From a virus (Duplodnaviria; Caudoviricetes), in the IMG/VR virus record IMGVR_UViG_3300011436_000001, positions 1 to 61,111 of that record: DNA of 61,111 bases, one strand, 5' to 3'. Within the stretch, counting starts at the first letter, position 1. The number at the start of each line of letters is the position of its first letter. Both the position numbers and the translations under genes were made by a program. Shown piece by piece: positions 28,300 to 37,913 of the stretch. The notes beneath the pieces were generated by a model that ran no database searches, had not been told where the DNA came from, and was given only the letters and a program-made list of their open reading frames with translations.

Positions 28300-31200
28300 C
28301 AGTCCTCACTCCCAACTTCGAAAATGCGGGGTCCATCGAAAACGTAAACCCGGCTCTTGCCACCTTCCACCATCGCCACGCGCGGCCCGCCGAGGATGAC
28401 GATGGCAGAACTTTCGGCCCCCACCATGATAGTGTTTGGCCCGCCTGAAACAACAATCGTGGCGCGGGGCAGTTGTACGCCGCCTTGCCCTGGAAACAGT
28501 GAGCCGGTCAAACCATCCAGGAATACAAGCTGGGTCAGGTCGTGCGCGGTGATCGCGTGCGCCTGGGTGATGAAGTCGTTGCCGAGTTCTACGGTCTGCG
28601 TCAGATCGTCGGCGATCAAAATTGAAAGCTGCGCCAGCGTCGCGTTGTCGAGGATGACCAATTGCGTTAGATCGGCGGCGGACAGCGTGTGAAGCTGCGC
28701 CAGCGTCACCGGGTCTAGGAAAACAAGCTGCACTAGATCGGACGCGGTGATCGCGTGCGTCTGTGTGATCGTATCGCTATCTAGGAAAACCAGTTGCGTT
28801 AGATCGGCGCTCGACAGGATATGCGCTTGCGTGATCGGTGCGTTGTCGAGGAAGACCTGCTGCACCAAATCGTTGCTGGTCAGCAATTGGTTCTGTGAAA
28901 TCGTTGCCGGGTCGAGGACCACAAGCTGGGTCAGGTCCCCCGTGATCAGCGAAACCGTGCCGCCGGTATCAACGTTGTCAAGGAAGACCAGTTGGATCAG
29001 ATCAGCAGACGTGAGTACATGCGTCTGGGTCAGCGTGTCATTATCGAGGACAACAATCTGCACCAGATCGAATGCAGTAAGTACATGGGTCTGCGCGAAC
29101 GTCGCGCCATCCAAAACAACAAGCTGCACCAAGCCCGCGCTGGTCAGCACATGATTTTGCAGCAGCGTGTCGTTATCGAGGAAGACCAGTTGCACAATAT
29201 CTGCGCTGGTAATGGTGTGCGTTTGCGCCAGCGGGATTGGCGCGCTGGTCATCCAGCTAGTGGTATCATCCAACGATCCGGTCAGCGTCATGTCGCCGCC
29301 GGTTCCCAAATTGGTCGGGAAGGCGGAAGCCGGTGTCTTCATGTACAACAGTGGCGAACTGCCGGTTGGGTTTTGCCCCGTGCTTCCTAAATCAGCGGGC
29401 GCAAAAGTCATCAGGTTGAAGAATTTGGCTTTCTCGCTATCTAGATCAAAATCGAAGAAGCTGTTGTTAAACCAGACTTCGGCCACGCCAGCATCCAACT
29501 TCTGAATGAAGTCGCCCTGCCGCGATCCGAAGTTGGTAGTGCTGTTGTACACAATATCAAAAGCGGCGAATGCATCGTTAATGAAAAGCGGCTGAGATAC
29601 ACCGTTTATTGCCACTCGGCATTTCTTCAAGCCAGCGGCAAAATTAACATCCCAAGAAATCGCAATGTGTACAAGACCGTCGTTCGGGTACAATCGGCGA
29701 CCGGCGCTAGAAACATTGAAATCGAGCGTAGCGGTAGCGGAGAAGTCCTGACAGAAGAATGCAATTCGGTCACTGGTTGCGATGTCAACGATGTAATTGC
29801 CGTTGGTCAGCAACCGGCGGCGCTCACCGACATGCAATGATCCAAGCGCCAACAAACAACAGAGCGTGCCTTGTCGTTCAGTGGCAGTGGCAAAACCGCC
29901 GGTCTTCACCAGATAATCATTGACGCCATCCAGCGTCACCGTCGCCAGCGACCGGGCGAAGCCAAGCCCATCGTTCACGATCATGCTGGCAGACGTAAGT
30001 ACATGATTTTGCGTGATGGCATCGTTATCGAGGAAGACGGTTTGCACCAAATCATTGCTAGGCAAGATGTGGTTCTGCGCCATCGTCACGTTGTCGAGAA
30101 CAACAGCATGCACCAGATCGGCAACAACGATGGTGCCCCCGCCCGCGATATCGACCGTGACTTCATCGAGAAAGACTAGCTGGATCAGATCGGCGGACGT
30201 GAGTACATGGGTCTGGGTTAGGATTGGCCCGCCACCACAAAGCGGATCGGACGTGGCGTCAGTCAGCACCCCATGAACAATGAAGCCGCCGCCGGTTCCC
30301 AAATTATTCCCGTAAGTCGCCGCCGGGCCTTTCAAGAAAATGGCTGGCGATGTGCCTGTTGGCAATTCCCCGTTCGGCCCTAAATCAATAGGGCGGCCCA
30401 CCGCATCCGAAAACTTCCGGCAATTCGTCGCTACATCAAGATCAAAATAATCGGTTGTTGAAAACCAGAAGTCCGAAGTGTCACCGGCGTATTTTTGCAC
30501 ACCACTATCTAATGCGTACACACCTAAATCCGTCTCGCCGGAATAGTTCACATCGAATGCAACGCTAGTATCGGTCACCAAATCAATGGCAACCGGCACC
30601 CCATCTATCGCGACGTGCTTCTTCTTGTTGCCCGCCGAAAAATTGGCGTCCCACGAAATAAGAACATTGTGGTATCGCCCATCGTTCTTGTAACCCGTAG
30701 CCGAACGGAACTGCAAAAACTCACCACCGGTCCCCCAAACCGTTATAGTGATCCGCCGACTACTATCAATCTGCGCAACATAAACTGCGGAAGCACCTCG
30801 CATTATATGGTTGCCTGGGCCACCCGCACCCTTCACTAAAATAGACAACGTACCGCGTGGCCCATCCACAACGCCTGTGAGCGGCGCACCGCTGCTTAGC
30901 CAATCATTGGTGCCATCGAAGGTGACGCCTTCGGTGCAATATTCCAACGCCACAATCTGTGTCAGATCGGCGGACGTGAGTACATGCGCTTGCGTGATGG
31001 CATCGTTGTCTAACACCACCAACTGCACAAGATCGGATGAGGCCAAAAGCTGGTTCTGCGTTATGGTGTCGTTATCGAGTACAACTAGCTGCACCAGATC
31101 GGCGGACGTGAGTACATGCGTTTGCGCAAACGTCACATTGTCGAGCGTGACGAGTTGCGTTAGATCATTGGCCAGCAAGTTAAGGATCAGTTGTAACGTC

Positions 31201-32492
31201 GCATTGTCGAGCGTGACAACCTGCACCAGCCCAGCCGATATAAGTACATGGGTCTGGGTCAGCGTGTCATTATCGAGGACAACTAGCTGCGTCAGACTGG
31301 CGCTGGTAATAACGTGGTTTTGCGTGATGGTGCCGTTGTCGAGTACAACTGTCTGCACCAAATCCGCAGGCGTGATGCTGGTAACTACGGCTCCTTCTTC
31401 AAGATCGATGACTAGGATGGCTGTCCAGTTAGTAGTGGAAACAGTAGCGCCCTCAGCATCGTGCTCAAGCAGCCAAGTCTTGTTACCAGTGGTCGGGCTT
31501 TCGCGCTTAATACCAAAGAACGCGGATTGATCGCTGCTCTCATTGTACTCTTCTATTGTCTCGGTGATCGCACCATTTGGCCCATCAAAATTCATCAAAT
31601 TGCTAAGAGTAGTACTGGCCATCGTGCCAATCCAACTACCGAAAGCAACATGGTTGCGCTGAACGGCCACATTGTAGACCAGCGACAATTTGGTAACGAG
31701 CGCGGTTGTGGTCGTGTCGCTATCATCTTCCGCGTAGTCGTACGCGCTAAACTTATCCAAATCGAGCGCCACGATGCCACGATATTGTTGCCGAACAGTT
31801 GTGGCGTTATCTTGCGAGGCATAATCTACCGAGTAATCGTGCGTCCCGCTTTCCCCCTCAAAACCCCGCATAACGGGATAGGTGCGCCAGCCGGTTGCAT
31901 CTTGCAATGTGTACGCACCACCACTAACCAACACGGCGTCACGAAACATTCTAAATGCAATATCGCCAGACGTTCCCGCTTGTCCTCTTGCAGCATAGAA
32001 AATCGCAAAGTTGCCGTTGAACGTTCCCTCTAAGGATTGACTTTCTAAAGGTGTGGAAGAGGTGCGCGTAATTTCATCAGAGGCAAAAATGCTTTGATCA
32101 TCGCCGCCTTTTTTAATTCCAAAGATGTACGCAAAAGCAATGCCAACGGTAGAACCAGGAGCTTCGACCCAATATTGAAGAGCGATACTCTGCGACCCCG
32201 GAGAGGAACCGTACGTGACTTCAACGACACTCGCATACCCAATCCTGTCTGTAGCGTCCTGCGGTTCAAAATTAACGCTGTACAACGTGGTAGAGCTAGT
32301 GGTGTTGAAAAGTCGCGCGAGTGCATCGGCGGTCGTAATGCTGTGGTCTAGTACAAACGCGAAAAAATAAAACCAAGTCTCATTATTACCCGGCGTATGG
32401 GTGAGCGTCACCTTTGTCGCGCCACCAACCGTGTTAGTGGTTGCGGTAGAGCGGCCCGTACTTTCTGCGTACTCATTGGACCAAGCGGCCAT
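28299..32492 (-). CDS. Large putative virion fibre/adhesin with about 22 copies of a 22-aa repeat and two LamG/lectin-like inserts
   Basis: Repeat consensus ITQTHVLTSADLVQLVVLDNDT; inserts begin FDGTNDWL and LDGVNDYL and end NLGTGG. Confidence 0.75.
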   Translation of the reverse strand: MAAWSNEYAESTGRSTATTNTVGGATKVTLTHTPGNNETWFYFFAFVLDHSITTADALARLFNTTSSTTLYSVNFEPQDATDRIGYASVVEVTYGSSPGSQSIALQYWVEAPGSTVGIAFAYIFGIKKGGDDQSIFASDEITRTSSTPLESQSLEGTFNGNFAIFYAARGQAGTSGDIAFRMFRDAVLVSGGAYTLQDATGWRTYPVMRGFEGESGTHDYSVDYASQDNATTVRQQYRGIVALDLDKFSAYDYAEDDSDTTTTALVTKLSLVYNVAVQRNHVAFGSWIGTMASTTLSNLMNFDGPNGAITETIEEYNESSDQSAFFGIKRESPTTGNKTWLLEHDAEGATVSTTNWTAILVIDLEEGAVVTSITPADLVQTVVLDNGTITQNHVITSASLTQLVVLDNDTLTQTHVLISAGLVQVVTLDNATLQLILNLLANDLTQLVTLDNVTFAQTHVLTSADLVQLVVLDNDTITQNQLLASSDLVQLVVLDNDAITQAHVLTSADLTQIVALEYCTEGVTFDGTNDWLSSGAPLTGVVDGPRGTLSILVKGAGGPGNHIMRGASAVYVAQIDSSRRITITVWGTGGEFLQFRSATGYKNDGRYHNVLISWDANFSAGNKKKHVAIDGVPVAIDLVTDTSVAFDVNYSGETDLGVYALDSGVQKYAGDTSDFWFSTTDYFDLDVATNCRKFSDAVGRPIDLGPNGELPTGTSPAIFLKGPAATYGNNLGTGGGFIVHGVLTDATSDPLCGGGPILTQTHVLTSADLIQLVFLDEVTVDIAGGGTIVVADLVHAVVLDNVTMAQNHILPSNDLVQTVFLDNDAITQNHVLTSASMIVNDGLGFARSLATVTLDGVNDYLVKTGGFATATERQGTLCCLLALGSLHVGERRRLLTNGNYIVDIATSDRIAFFCQDFSATATLDFNVSSAGRRLYPNDGLVHIAISWDVNFAAGLKKCRVAINGVSQPLFINDAFAAFDIVYNSTTNFGSRQGDFIQKLDAGVAEVWFNNSFFDFDLDSEKAKFFNLMTFAPADLGSTGQNPTGSSPLLYMKTPASAFPTNLGTGGDMTLTGSLDDTTSWMTSAPIPLAQTHTITSADIVQLVFLDNDTLLQNHVLTSAGLVQLVVLDGATFAQTHVLTAFDLVQIVVLDNDTLTQTHVLTSADLIQLVFLDNVDTGGTVSLITGDLTQLVVLDPATISQNQLLTSNDLVQQVFLDNAPITQAHILSSADLTQLVFLDSDTITQTHAITASDLVQLVFLDPVTLAQLHTLSAADLTQLVILDNATLAQLSILIADDLTQTVELGNDFITQAHAITAHDLTQLVFLDGLTGSLFPGQGGVQLPRATIVVSGGPNTIMVGAESSAIVILGGPRVAMVEGGKSRVYVFDGPRIFEVGSED

Positions 32493-32500
32493 TGACGCGC

Positions 32501-32890
32501 CTACGGATTACGCATGTTGCTAAGAACTGCGTCCAACGCATCAAGTTGTGTACTTACCTGAGCATCTAGCGGAGTTGATAACGCCGCTGGCCGAAGCTTG
32601 CCCCGCTCATCCCGTAGCGCAGCGACTAAGAGAACAACAACCCGCAACAATCTGTCAGTGTCGCGGAAGAAACGCTGTGACTTCTGCTCGTACACAAGTT
32701 CGGCCCGCACCGCAGGCCATTCGGCGGCAAGGATGGCGGCATCTATCGGCGTGCTGCCCTCTTTCCAGATGATTTCAACAAGATCGCCAGCGCTGTCGTA
32801 ACGGCAGCCCTGTTCCGGCGGCGAACCGTCAGGCAGAGCATGTAGACGTGAAAGGATTATGTCGTAATCAGGTTTGACCGGGATTGCCAT
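32501..32890 (-). CDS. Hypothetical protein, possibly a fibre chaperone
   Basis: 129-aa ORF with RBS directly upstream of the fibre gene. Confidence 0.5.
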   Translation of the reverse strand: MAIPVKPDYDIILSRLHALPDGSPPEQGCRYDSAGDLVEIIWKEGSTPIDAAILAAEWPAVRAELVYEQKSQRFFRDTDRLLRVVVLLVAALRDERGKLRPAALSTPLDAQVSTQLDALDAVLSNMRNP

Positions 32891-32984
32891 TGCTACCTAC
32901 TCCATCAACAGGCGCGGGGCTACTGCACGCCCCGCGCCTCATCAGGATTGTAGTGCAGCTTTGTGGCTGAAACGACTTGTCAGA

Positions 32985-33191
32985 TCAGCCACCGGGCGAA
33001 GGCAAATGGAGCCCCGGCACGATGTAGGTAATGATGTAAATCAGCGCGATGATCACGACGGCAACCCAAAGCAGTTGCACGATGCGTGGGGGCAACTCGA
33101 TACCGATTTTCCCCAGAGCCCAGATGACGGTGTACACAACTACCGCCAGCAGAACCAGATAAAGCGTGAGTGTTAGGATTGTGATCAGCAT
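32985..33191 (-). CDS. Small two-TM membrane protein
   Basis: MLITILTL...PPRIVQLLWVAVVIIALIYII; GGGAG RBS. Confidence 0.65.
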   Translation of the reverse strand: MLITILTLTLYLVLLAVVVYTVIWALGKIGIELPPRIVQLLWVAVVIIALIYIITYIVPGLHLPSPGG

Positions 33192-33264
33192 AGGCGCTCT
33201 CCCATTGTTGGATACTCGCATGCCAACAAGAAGCCTACGCCAAAATAGTTCCTGAAACGACGGG

Positions 33265-33603
33265 CTAGAGATTGACCAGCACAAACTCCCGCTGCACCAA
33301 CATTGCCCGGATCATCTCATAATCGTGATGCCGCTCCCAACCATCGAGCGCCACGAAACGCGACCGCCGCGTGACGCCGTAAAGCCGATGCGCGGCATGG
33401 ATGTATAAGTACACACGGTCATCATCTGTACGCGTTTTGGCCCAGGCTTCAGCGGTATCGCGATTAGGCGCTGCGACCCAGACCACCTTGGGCTCAATTA
33501 TGTCAGTCAGCCGCAAGCCGGGCTCGCCTAGCGGACTATCCAAGCGGCGGATGCGCATCAGCGTCGAGCGATTGATTTTATTTTTGCGGAAGATCGGCTT
33601 CAT
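33265..33603 (-). CDS. Hypothetical protein, paralog family B
   Basis: C-terminal alpha/beta domain shared with 33600..33935 and 34763..35185. Confidence 0.6.
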   Translation of the reverse strand: MKPIFRKNKINRSTLMRIRRLDSPLGEPGLRLTDIIEPKVVWVAAPNRDTAEAWAKTRTDDDRVYLYIHAAHRLYGVTRRSRFVALDGWERHHDYEMIRAMLVQREFVLVNL

Positions 33604-33935
33604 ATGTTCATGCAGACCGCGCGAAGCTCGACCAGTCGCGCGCGGATCGCCGCGAACGATGGGCTCTTCTCGTAATTCTCCACAGAAACGAAAAAGATCG
33701 GCGGCTTTGCGTTTTCCAATTGATCCACATTTCGCAGATGCGCGTACAATCTTCCGCGCACCTTGTTCTTCTTAACCCACGATGCCGCATCCGCCGGATA
33801 GCGAGCGAGTACAAAAATCAGCCGTGGGGTTTGGAAATCATGGATGACCGCTTCTATCACGTCATCAATAGTCGCGTGCGGGAGATACACCCGCTTCGCC
33901 CGTAGCTTCCTGCGCTGTTCGGCCATTGTCATCAT
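33600..33935 (-). CDS. Hypothetical protein, paralog family B
   Basis: Shared C-terminal domain; ATGA coupling. Confidence 0.6.
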   Translation of the reverse strand: MMTMAEQRRKLRAKRVYLPHATIDDVIEAVIHDFQTPRLIFVLARYPADAASWVKKNKVRGRLYAHLRNVDQLENAKPPIFFVSVENYEKSPSFAAIRARLVELRAVCMNI

Positions 33936-34204
33936 GGCTGTGCGTTGTTGGCCGTCGCGTTGCGAAGCAATTCCTGCAACAAGCTGATCTGCCGCTGCTG
34001 ATCGTATAGCTGCGCGTGCATCTTCGACACGATGTAGGTCGCGAAGATCGCAGGCGGCAGAATAAGCCAGAGCACATCGAAATCAGCCCGGCCCTTAGAC
34101 AGCCATGACATCAGAATGGCAAACGTGCCAATCCAGCCGATGCTCATCAGCACCAGCGCCATCGTCGCGGGGCCGGGCAATCTCGATTTGCGGACAGCGA
34201 TCAT
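33932..34204 (-). CDS. Two-TM membrane protein
   Basis: Two hydrophobic helices; ATGA coupling. Confidence 0.6.
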   Translation of the reverse strand: MIAVRKSRLPGPATMALVLMSIGWIGTFAILMSWLSKGRADFDVLWLILPPAIFATYIVSKMHAQLYDQQRQISLLQELLRNATANNAQP

Positions 34205-34602
34205 GAATAGTCGCCGCGCTCCATCGCCTTGTGTACTTCGGCGACGCGGCCCTGGTTCACATCGAACAGCGCCGCGATCCGCTTCTGCTGAAAATGACGC
34301 GCCAACAGATAGCGGATCACCTTCTTATCCGCAGCCGTCAGCGGATGGGATTTCTGCTCGCTGTATTCGTGACTGTACTTCACCTTCTTGTCCATTTCCT
34401 TCAACCTCTTTGCTGCAAACTTCTTCCATCGTTTGTTGACGCGATGCTGACGACGCTCCGATGCGGCTCGCCGTCTTTTCACATCCCCACGATACACAGC
34501 GGACATGATTGCCGCCCGAAATTCTTCATCGCTGGTATTGGCGTCACGCTCGATTTCTGCCGCTGTCGGACGCCGTGGCCGCTGCCGCCTGTTGGTTTTC
34601 AT
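34201..34602 (-). CDS. HTH DNA-binding protein
   Basis: C-terminal LT..D...IR.LL....QQKRIAALFDVNQGRVAEV helix-turn-helix. Confidence 0.65.
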   Translation of the reverse strand: MKTNRRQRPRRPTAAEIERDANTSDEEFRAAIMSAVYRGDVKRRRAASERRQHRVNKRWKKFAAKRLKEMDKKVKYSHEYSEQKSHPLTAADKKVIRYLLARHFQQKRIAALFDVNQGRVAEVHKAMERGDYS

Positions 34603-34762
34603 CTTTAGTCGTACTCCTCGAATGATCTATTGTGAGCCAACCGCAGCATCTCAATCCACTTCGCCAAAAACAGATCGTTGATCGGCACGGTTTTCAAACA
34701 AGTGGCAAGCGTGTCCCTAACCCGCATCGCCGACCAAGCGTTATTGTCGGCGGCGTGGGGCT

Positions 34763-35185
34763 TCACGGCACGATGTTGATCGCGCGCAACTCCATCAACG
34801 CCTCTTTGATCGCCACCGCGTCGGCGCGCCGTTCAGCGTTCGGGAACATGATGAAGCGGATGCCCGACGGCAGCGACTTCAAGAAATCCGCGTTCGGCGC
34901 GTAGAGCCAGCGCTTCTCATCGAGGCGATGGATCATGCGGAAGGCTAGCACGTCCTGCCCACCATTGGCGATGACGTACACCGGCCCCTCGATATCGCGG
35001 AAATTCTCCTCCCGGAAATAAGGGTCTTCATAGACCTTATCTTCGCGGTGCTGATGGCGCACTTTGCGCCAGTGCCGCAGCTTGTCGGCGAACAGCTTCC
35101 GGTCTTCCGGTCGTGTGATCAAATGGGAAATCCGCCGGAAGTCCTGAAGGAATTGGCTCATCAGGTATTCTTTATGTGCAGCCAT
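34763..35185 (-). CDS. Hypothetical protein, paralog family B
   Basis: Shared C-terminal domain. Confidence 0.6.
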   Translation of the reverse strand: MAAHKEYLMSQFLQDFRRISHLITRPEDRKLFADKLRHWRKVRHQHREDKVYEDPYFREENFRDIEGPVYVIANGGQDVLAFRMIHRLDEKRWLYAPNADFLKSLPSGIRFIMFPNAERRADAVAIKEALMELRAINIVP

Positions 35186-35249
35186 CGGTGCCTCTCAAAG
35201 TTTGACCATGCACCCTTATTATACAATCGACGCGGATGCGTACACAAAA

Positions 35250-35600
35250 CTAGCGTTTGGTCCCGTAAACCACTTTGATGGACGGCCCACCGGCATCTTG
35301 CGTGATACTTTCACAGCTATCGAGCACCCGCGCACGGGTATCGACAAACTTGGAGGCTTTCTCCACTACCAAAATCTGCGCGATGATGATCTCGGCTGCA
35401 AAGCAATAGCTGTGCAAGATATTGTCATCCAGATCAGGGTCAGCTTGCGCAAATTTCGCCAGCATCTCATTGAGGTGTTGTTTCTGCGCATCATGGTTCT
35501 TGATCGCGGTACGCAGGTCCGCCACAAGGCCATCGTAGACGCTGTTGAAAAACTGGTAATCGGTGCTTTCTTTCGGCGGCGGTGTGTACCACGCGGTCAT
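35250..35600 (-). CDS. Small protein, EDNxL motif family
   Basis: PDLDDNILHSYC. Confidence 0.55.
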   Translation of the reverse strand: MTAWYTPPPKESTDYQFFNSVYDGLVADLRTAIKNHDAQKQHLNEMLAKFAQADPDLDDNILHSYCFAAEIIIAQILVVEKASKFVDTRARVLDSCESITQDAGGPSIKVVYGTKR

Positions 35601-35776
35601 AGACGATCATCCGGCATCATAGGCGCAGCCATATCAATAAGGTCTTCCATCGTGGCGCACCAAAACTCCAACGTTTCGTCGGACAGGCCATAGTCGGATT
35701 GTGCCGCGAAGCTTAGCAAAAACATTTTCCAGTACGACGGGCAGATCGTGTGAAATCCGAAAGAGTGCGGCGTCAT
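35597..35776 (-). CDS. Small protein, EDNxL motif family
   Basis: YGLSDETLEFWCATME; start reassigned to the ATGA overlap. Confidence 0.6.
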   Translation of the reverse strand: MTPHSFGFHTICPSYWKMFLLSFAAQSDYGLSDETLEFWCATMEDLIDMAAPMMPDDRL

Positions 35777-36102
35777 GCGGCCTTGTCCACTTCGCCAAGC
35801 GCTGCGCCGACATCGATCCAAAATTCTATGGAGCCGGTGCCTCGATCCCACCACTTCACTTTCAATTCGCCGCGATGGATGATCTTGCTCTGCCGACAGC
35901 GCTGCACGACAGTATGAATGAACGCGCGCGGATAGCCGGTAAAGTTCAACAGATCGCGGATGTCGATACCGACGCGGGTCATCGCCAGCAATAGCACGGC
36001 AACCTTGAAGGTGTCGGTGTCTTCCTGGCCTGCCATGCTGTGATCGAGCCGGACCACTTCCTGGCAGATATTTGGCAGCGTCCATTTTCTTCTGTGCATC
36101 AT
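35773..36102 (-). CDS. Hypothetical protein, possibly winged-helix-like
   Basis: 109-aa coupled ORF. Confidence 0.5.
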   Translation of the reverse strand: MMHRRKWTLPNICQEVVRLDHSMAGQEDTDTFKVAVLLLAMTRVGIDIRDLLNFTGYPRAFIHTVVQRCRQSKIIHRGELKVKWWDRGTGSIEFWIDVGAALGEVDKAA

Positions 36103-36111
36103 GGGCTCCGA

Positions 36112-36492
36112 TCAAAAGGGCCAATACGGATAACTTATGTACACTAGCAACACACCAAGCCACCAGACCGCCAGATACGACAGTGTGAATTTCAGATCGT
36201 GCATGAAATCTCTGAAGTGCAGACGCCGGATCATAGCGTACTCATTGTGGGCAAGTGCCATCGCCGCGATGTAGGCAGGCAACTGTGTATCATCAAGCGG
36301 CCCTGGATGGACAGCAAAGTGCGACACGTTCCCGTTGCCCACGATGAAAACAAAATCGCCGCCGAAAGCCGGGGCTTCTGACACCGACAAGATGACGCGT
36401 CGCCAGCGCCCCCGGAGCTTCACATAGGACAGGGCGACAGCGATCAGCCCGCCGAACATCGCCCCGGTCAGCAATGGCCACGGCCAGTCCAT
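36112..36492 (-). CDS. Membrane protein, EDNxL motif family
   Basis: Two TM segments flanking GPLDDTQLPAYI. Confidence 0.55.
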   Translation of the reverse strand: MDWPWPLLTGAMFGGLIAVALSYVKLRGRWRRVILSVSEAPAFGGDFVFIVGNGNVSHFAVHPGPLDDTQLPAYIAAMALAHNEYAMIRRLHFRDFMHDLKFTLSYLAVWWLGVLLVYISYPYWPF

Positions 36493-36495
36493 CGG

Positions 36496-36795
36496 TCAGG
36501 CCACCAGGAAGAGCCGCCACGGCTCTGCCAGGGCTCCCGGACACCCGATCCCCAGACACGCCATGCGGCCCGACCGGCAACAGGGCACCCCCTGCGGAAT
36601 TTGGCGCTGGGAAGCGATGGCCGCCCCGGCTGCGCAGGTAGCGCAGGGGACCTTAGAGGCCCCCAGACGGCCCGATTTGAGCCGCCACGGGCGGCGGCGG
36701 ACCGTTTCATCCTCCCCCCAGCGGTAAATCGCCCAACCGGTCCCTTCGCAGTTGCAGCAATTAGGTTCTGGCAATTGTTTTAGGGAAGGGATCAT
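36496..36795 (-). CDS. Zn-finger protein (CxxCxGxG)
   Basis: CCNCEGTGW...PCATC. Confidence 0.45.
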   Translation of the reverse strand: MIPSLKQLPEPNCCNCEGTGWAIYRWGEDETVRRRPWRLKSGRLGASKVPCATCAAGAAIASQRQIPQGVPCCRSGRMACLGIGCPGALAEPWRLFLVA

Positions 36796-36989
36796 GGGCA
36801 CCGCCGGATGTAGTCGATCTCGCGAATAAGAAAAGGCAAATCGTTGTCGCTGATCGGCAGCATCCGCAGATGAATGAAAAGGGCCGCCCGCTCCACCTCC
36901 CACGCCCGCATCCGTTGTCGGTGCGCCCGCCACAGAGCGAAGCCAATTAGCGCTGCCCCAATGACAGCAAAAACGAGTGTGTACATCAT
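36792..36989 (-). CDS. Single-TM protein, EDNxL motif family
   Basis: N-terminal TM plus LPISDNDLPFLIRE. Confidence 0.6.
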   Translation of the reverse strand: MMYTLVFAVIGAALIGFALWRAHRQRMRAWEVERAALFIHLRMLPISDNDLPFLIREIDYIRRCP

Positions 36990-37240
36990 GGCCCGTCGTT
37001 CTGCCCGATGGATAGCGACCAAAAGCTGGCGCGGTGCATTTCGAAAATGATCCGTTCCAAATTGCTGTCCTCAATCTCCATCCCGCGCAACACCCAAAGC
37101 GCGCTTTTGTAGTGCGCATCAAGAAGGTCCCGCACGATCTTCCGCCGCAGCAGACGTAGCGCGACGCCGACGATGACGACGCAAGCCACGGTAATCACTA
37201 CGTGCAACACAATTTCCATAGTAAGATAGCCCACCATCAC
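36986..37240 (-). CDS. Single-TM protein, EDNxL motif family
   Basis: N-terminal TM plus MEIEDSNLERIIFE. Confidence 0.6.
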   Translation of the reverse strand: MMVGYLTMEIVLHVVITVACVVIVGVALRLLRRKIVRDLLDAHYKSALWVLRGMEIEDSNLERIIFEMHRASFWSLSIGQNDGP

Positions 37241-37431
37241 AGATACAGCCTTGCCCCCTTGAGTTCATAAATCAATTCAGGAAGGTTGTTGTCTTCAAAC
37301 TCTAAATGTCTAAAGCGGTGTAGCTGCATCGCTCGCGTCTGCTCACCGAACTGGCGACTTGTCCGGGATACCAAAGAGCCAAGAGCAACGATCCAAGCTA
37401 GCGTCACACCGATGTACAACACAGTTTCCAT
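37237..37431 (-). CDS. Single-TM protein, EDNxL motif family
   Basis: N-terminal TM plus LEFEDNNLPELIYE; ATG lies 6 nt after a TATAAT box. Confidence 0.6.
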   Translation of the reverse strand: METVLYIGVTLAWIVALGSLVSRTSRQFGEQTRAMQLHRFRHLEFEDNNLPELIYELKGARLYL

Positions 37432-37437
37432 ACCCTG

Positions 37438-37447
37438 ATTATACAAT
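37438..37447 (-). promoter_or_regulatory. ATTGTATAAT promoter-like motif (probable leaderless start)
   Basis: Recurrent intergenic motif; -10 hexamer 6 nt before ATG. Confidence 0.55.
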
Positions 37448-37456
37448 GCGGCCTCC

Positions 37457-37678
37457 TCACTTCTTCACCCACTTCAGCACGCGCTTCATCTCTGTCATGA
37501 TGCGCGGCAGCGAATTGTCATCAATCGCGATCAGCGACATTAGACGAATGCCAAATCGAATATCTTCGCGCTTGGCTTGCAGCCACATGTACAACTGCTT
37601 TCCGAACAGGATCAAAAAGTACGTTGTGAGGCCAGCCATAGCCCCCAAAAGCACGATGATAAGTCCGCGACTGGTCAT
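37457..37678 (-). CDS. Single-TM protein, EDNxL motif family
   Basis: N-terminal TM plus IAIDDNSLPRIMTE. Confidence 0.6.
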   Translation of the reverse strand: MTSRGLIIVLLGAMAGLTTYFLILFGKQLYMWLQAKREDIRFGIRLMSLIAIDDNSLPRIMTEMKRVLKWVKK

Positions 37679-37697
37679 GCCTCATCTATACAAAAGA

Positions 37698-37913
37698 TTA
37701 GAGGCCGCCAACGCGGCGGCCTCCATTTTCAACACAACGCTTGGCAACAAAATCGCGGGGGTGTCGAACCAGATGCTTGCGAACCCGCTTCAGCTTGTTC
37801 CGTTCCCGGCGACCGGATGCTTTGTACACTGCGCACCACACCCGGTTGCGATTAATCTTGCGGCCCTTCTTCGTTTTCGCGGCGCGCTTTTTAACCGGTG
37901 TATTTACCACCAT
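37698..37913 (-). CDS. Small highly basic protein
   Basis: Lys/Arg-rich, ..NK.KR..KHL..HP.D; GGAG RBS inside a hairpin. Confidence 0.6.
   Translation of the reverse strand: MVVNTPVKKRAAKTKKGRKINRNRVWCAVYKASGRRERNKLKRVRKHLVRHPRDFVAKRCVENGGRRVGGL

Noticed and set aside
28500-31380. 66-bp DNA repeats as a non-coding array
   Set aside because: They are in-frame, degenerate at synonymous positions and explained by the 22-aa protein repeat
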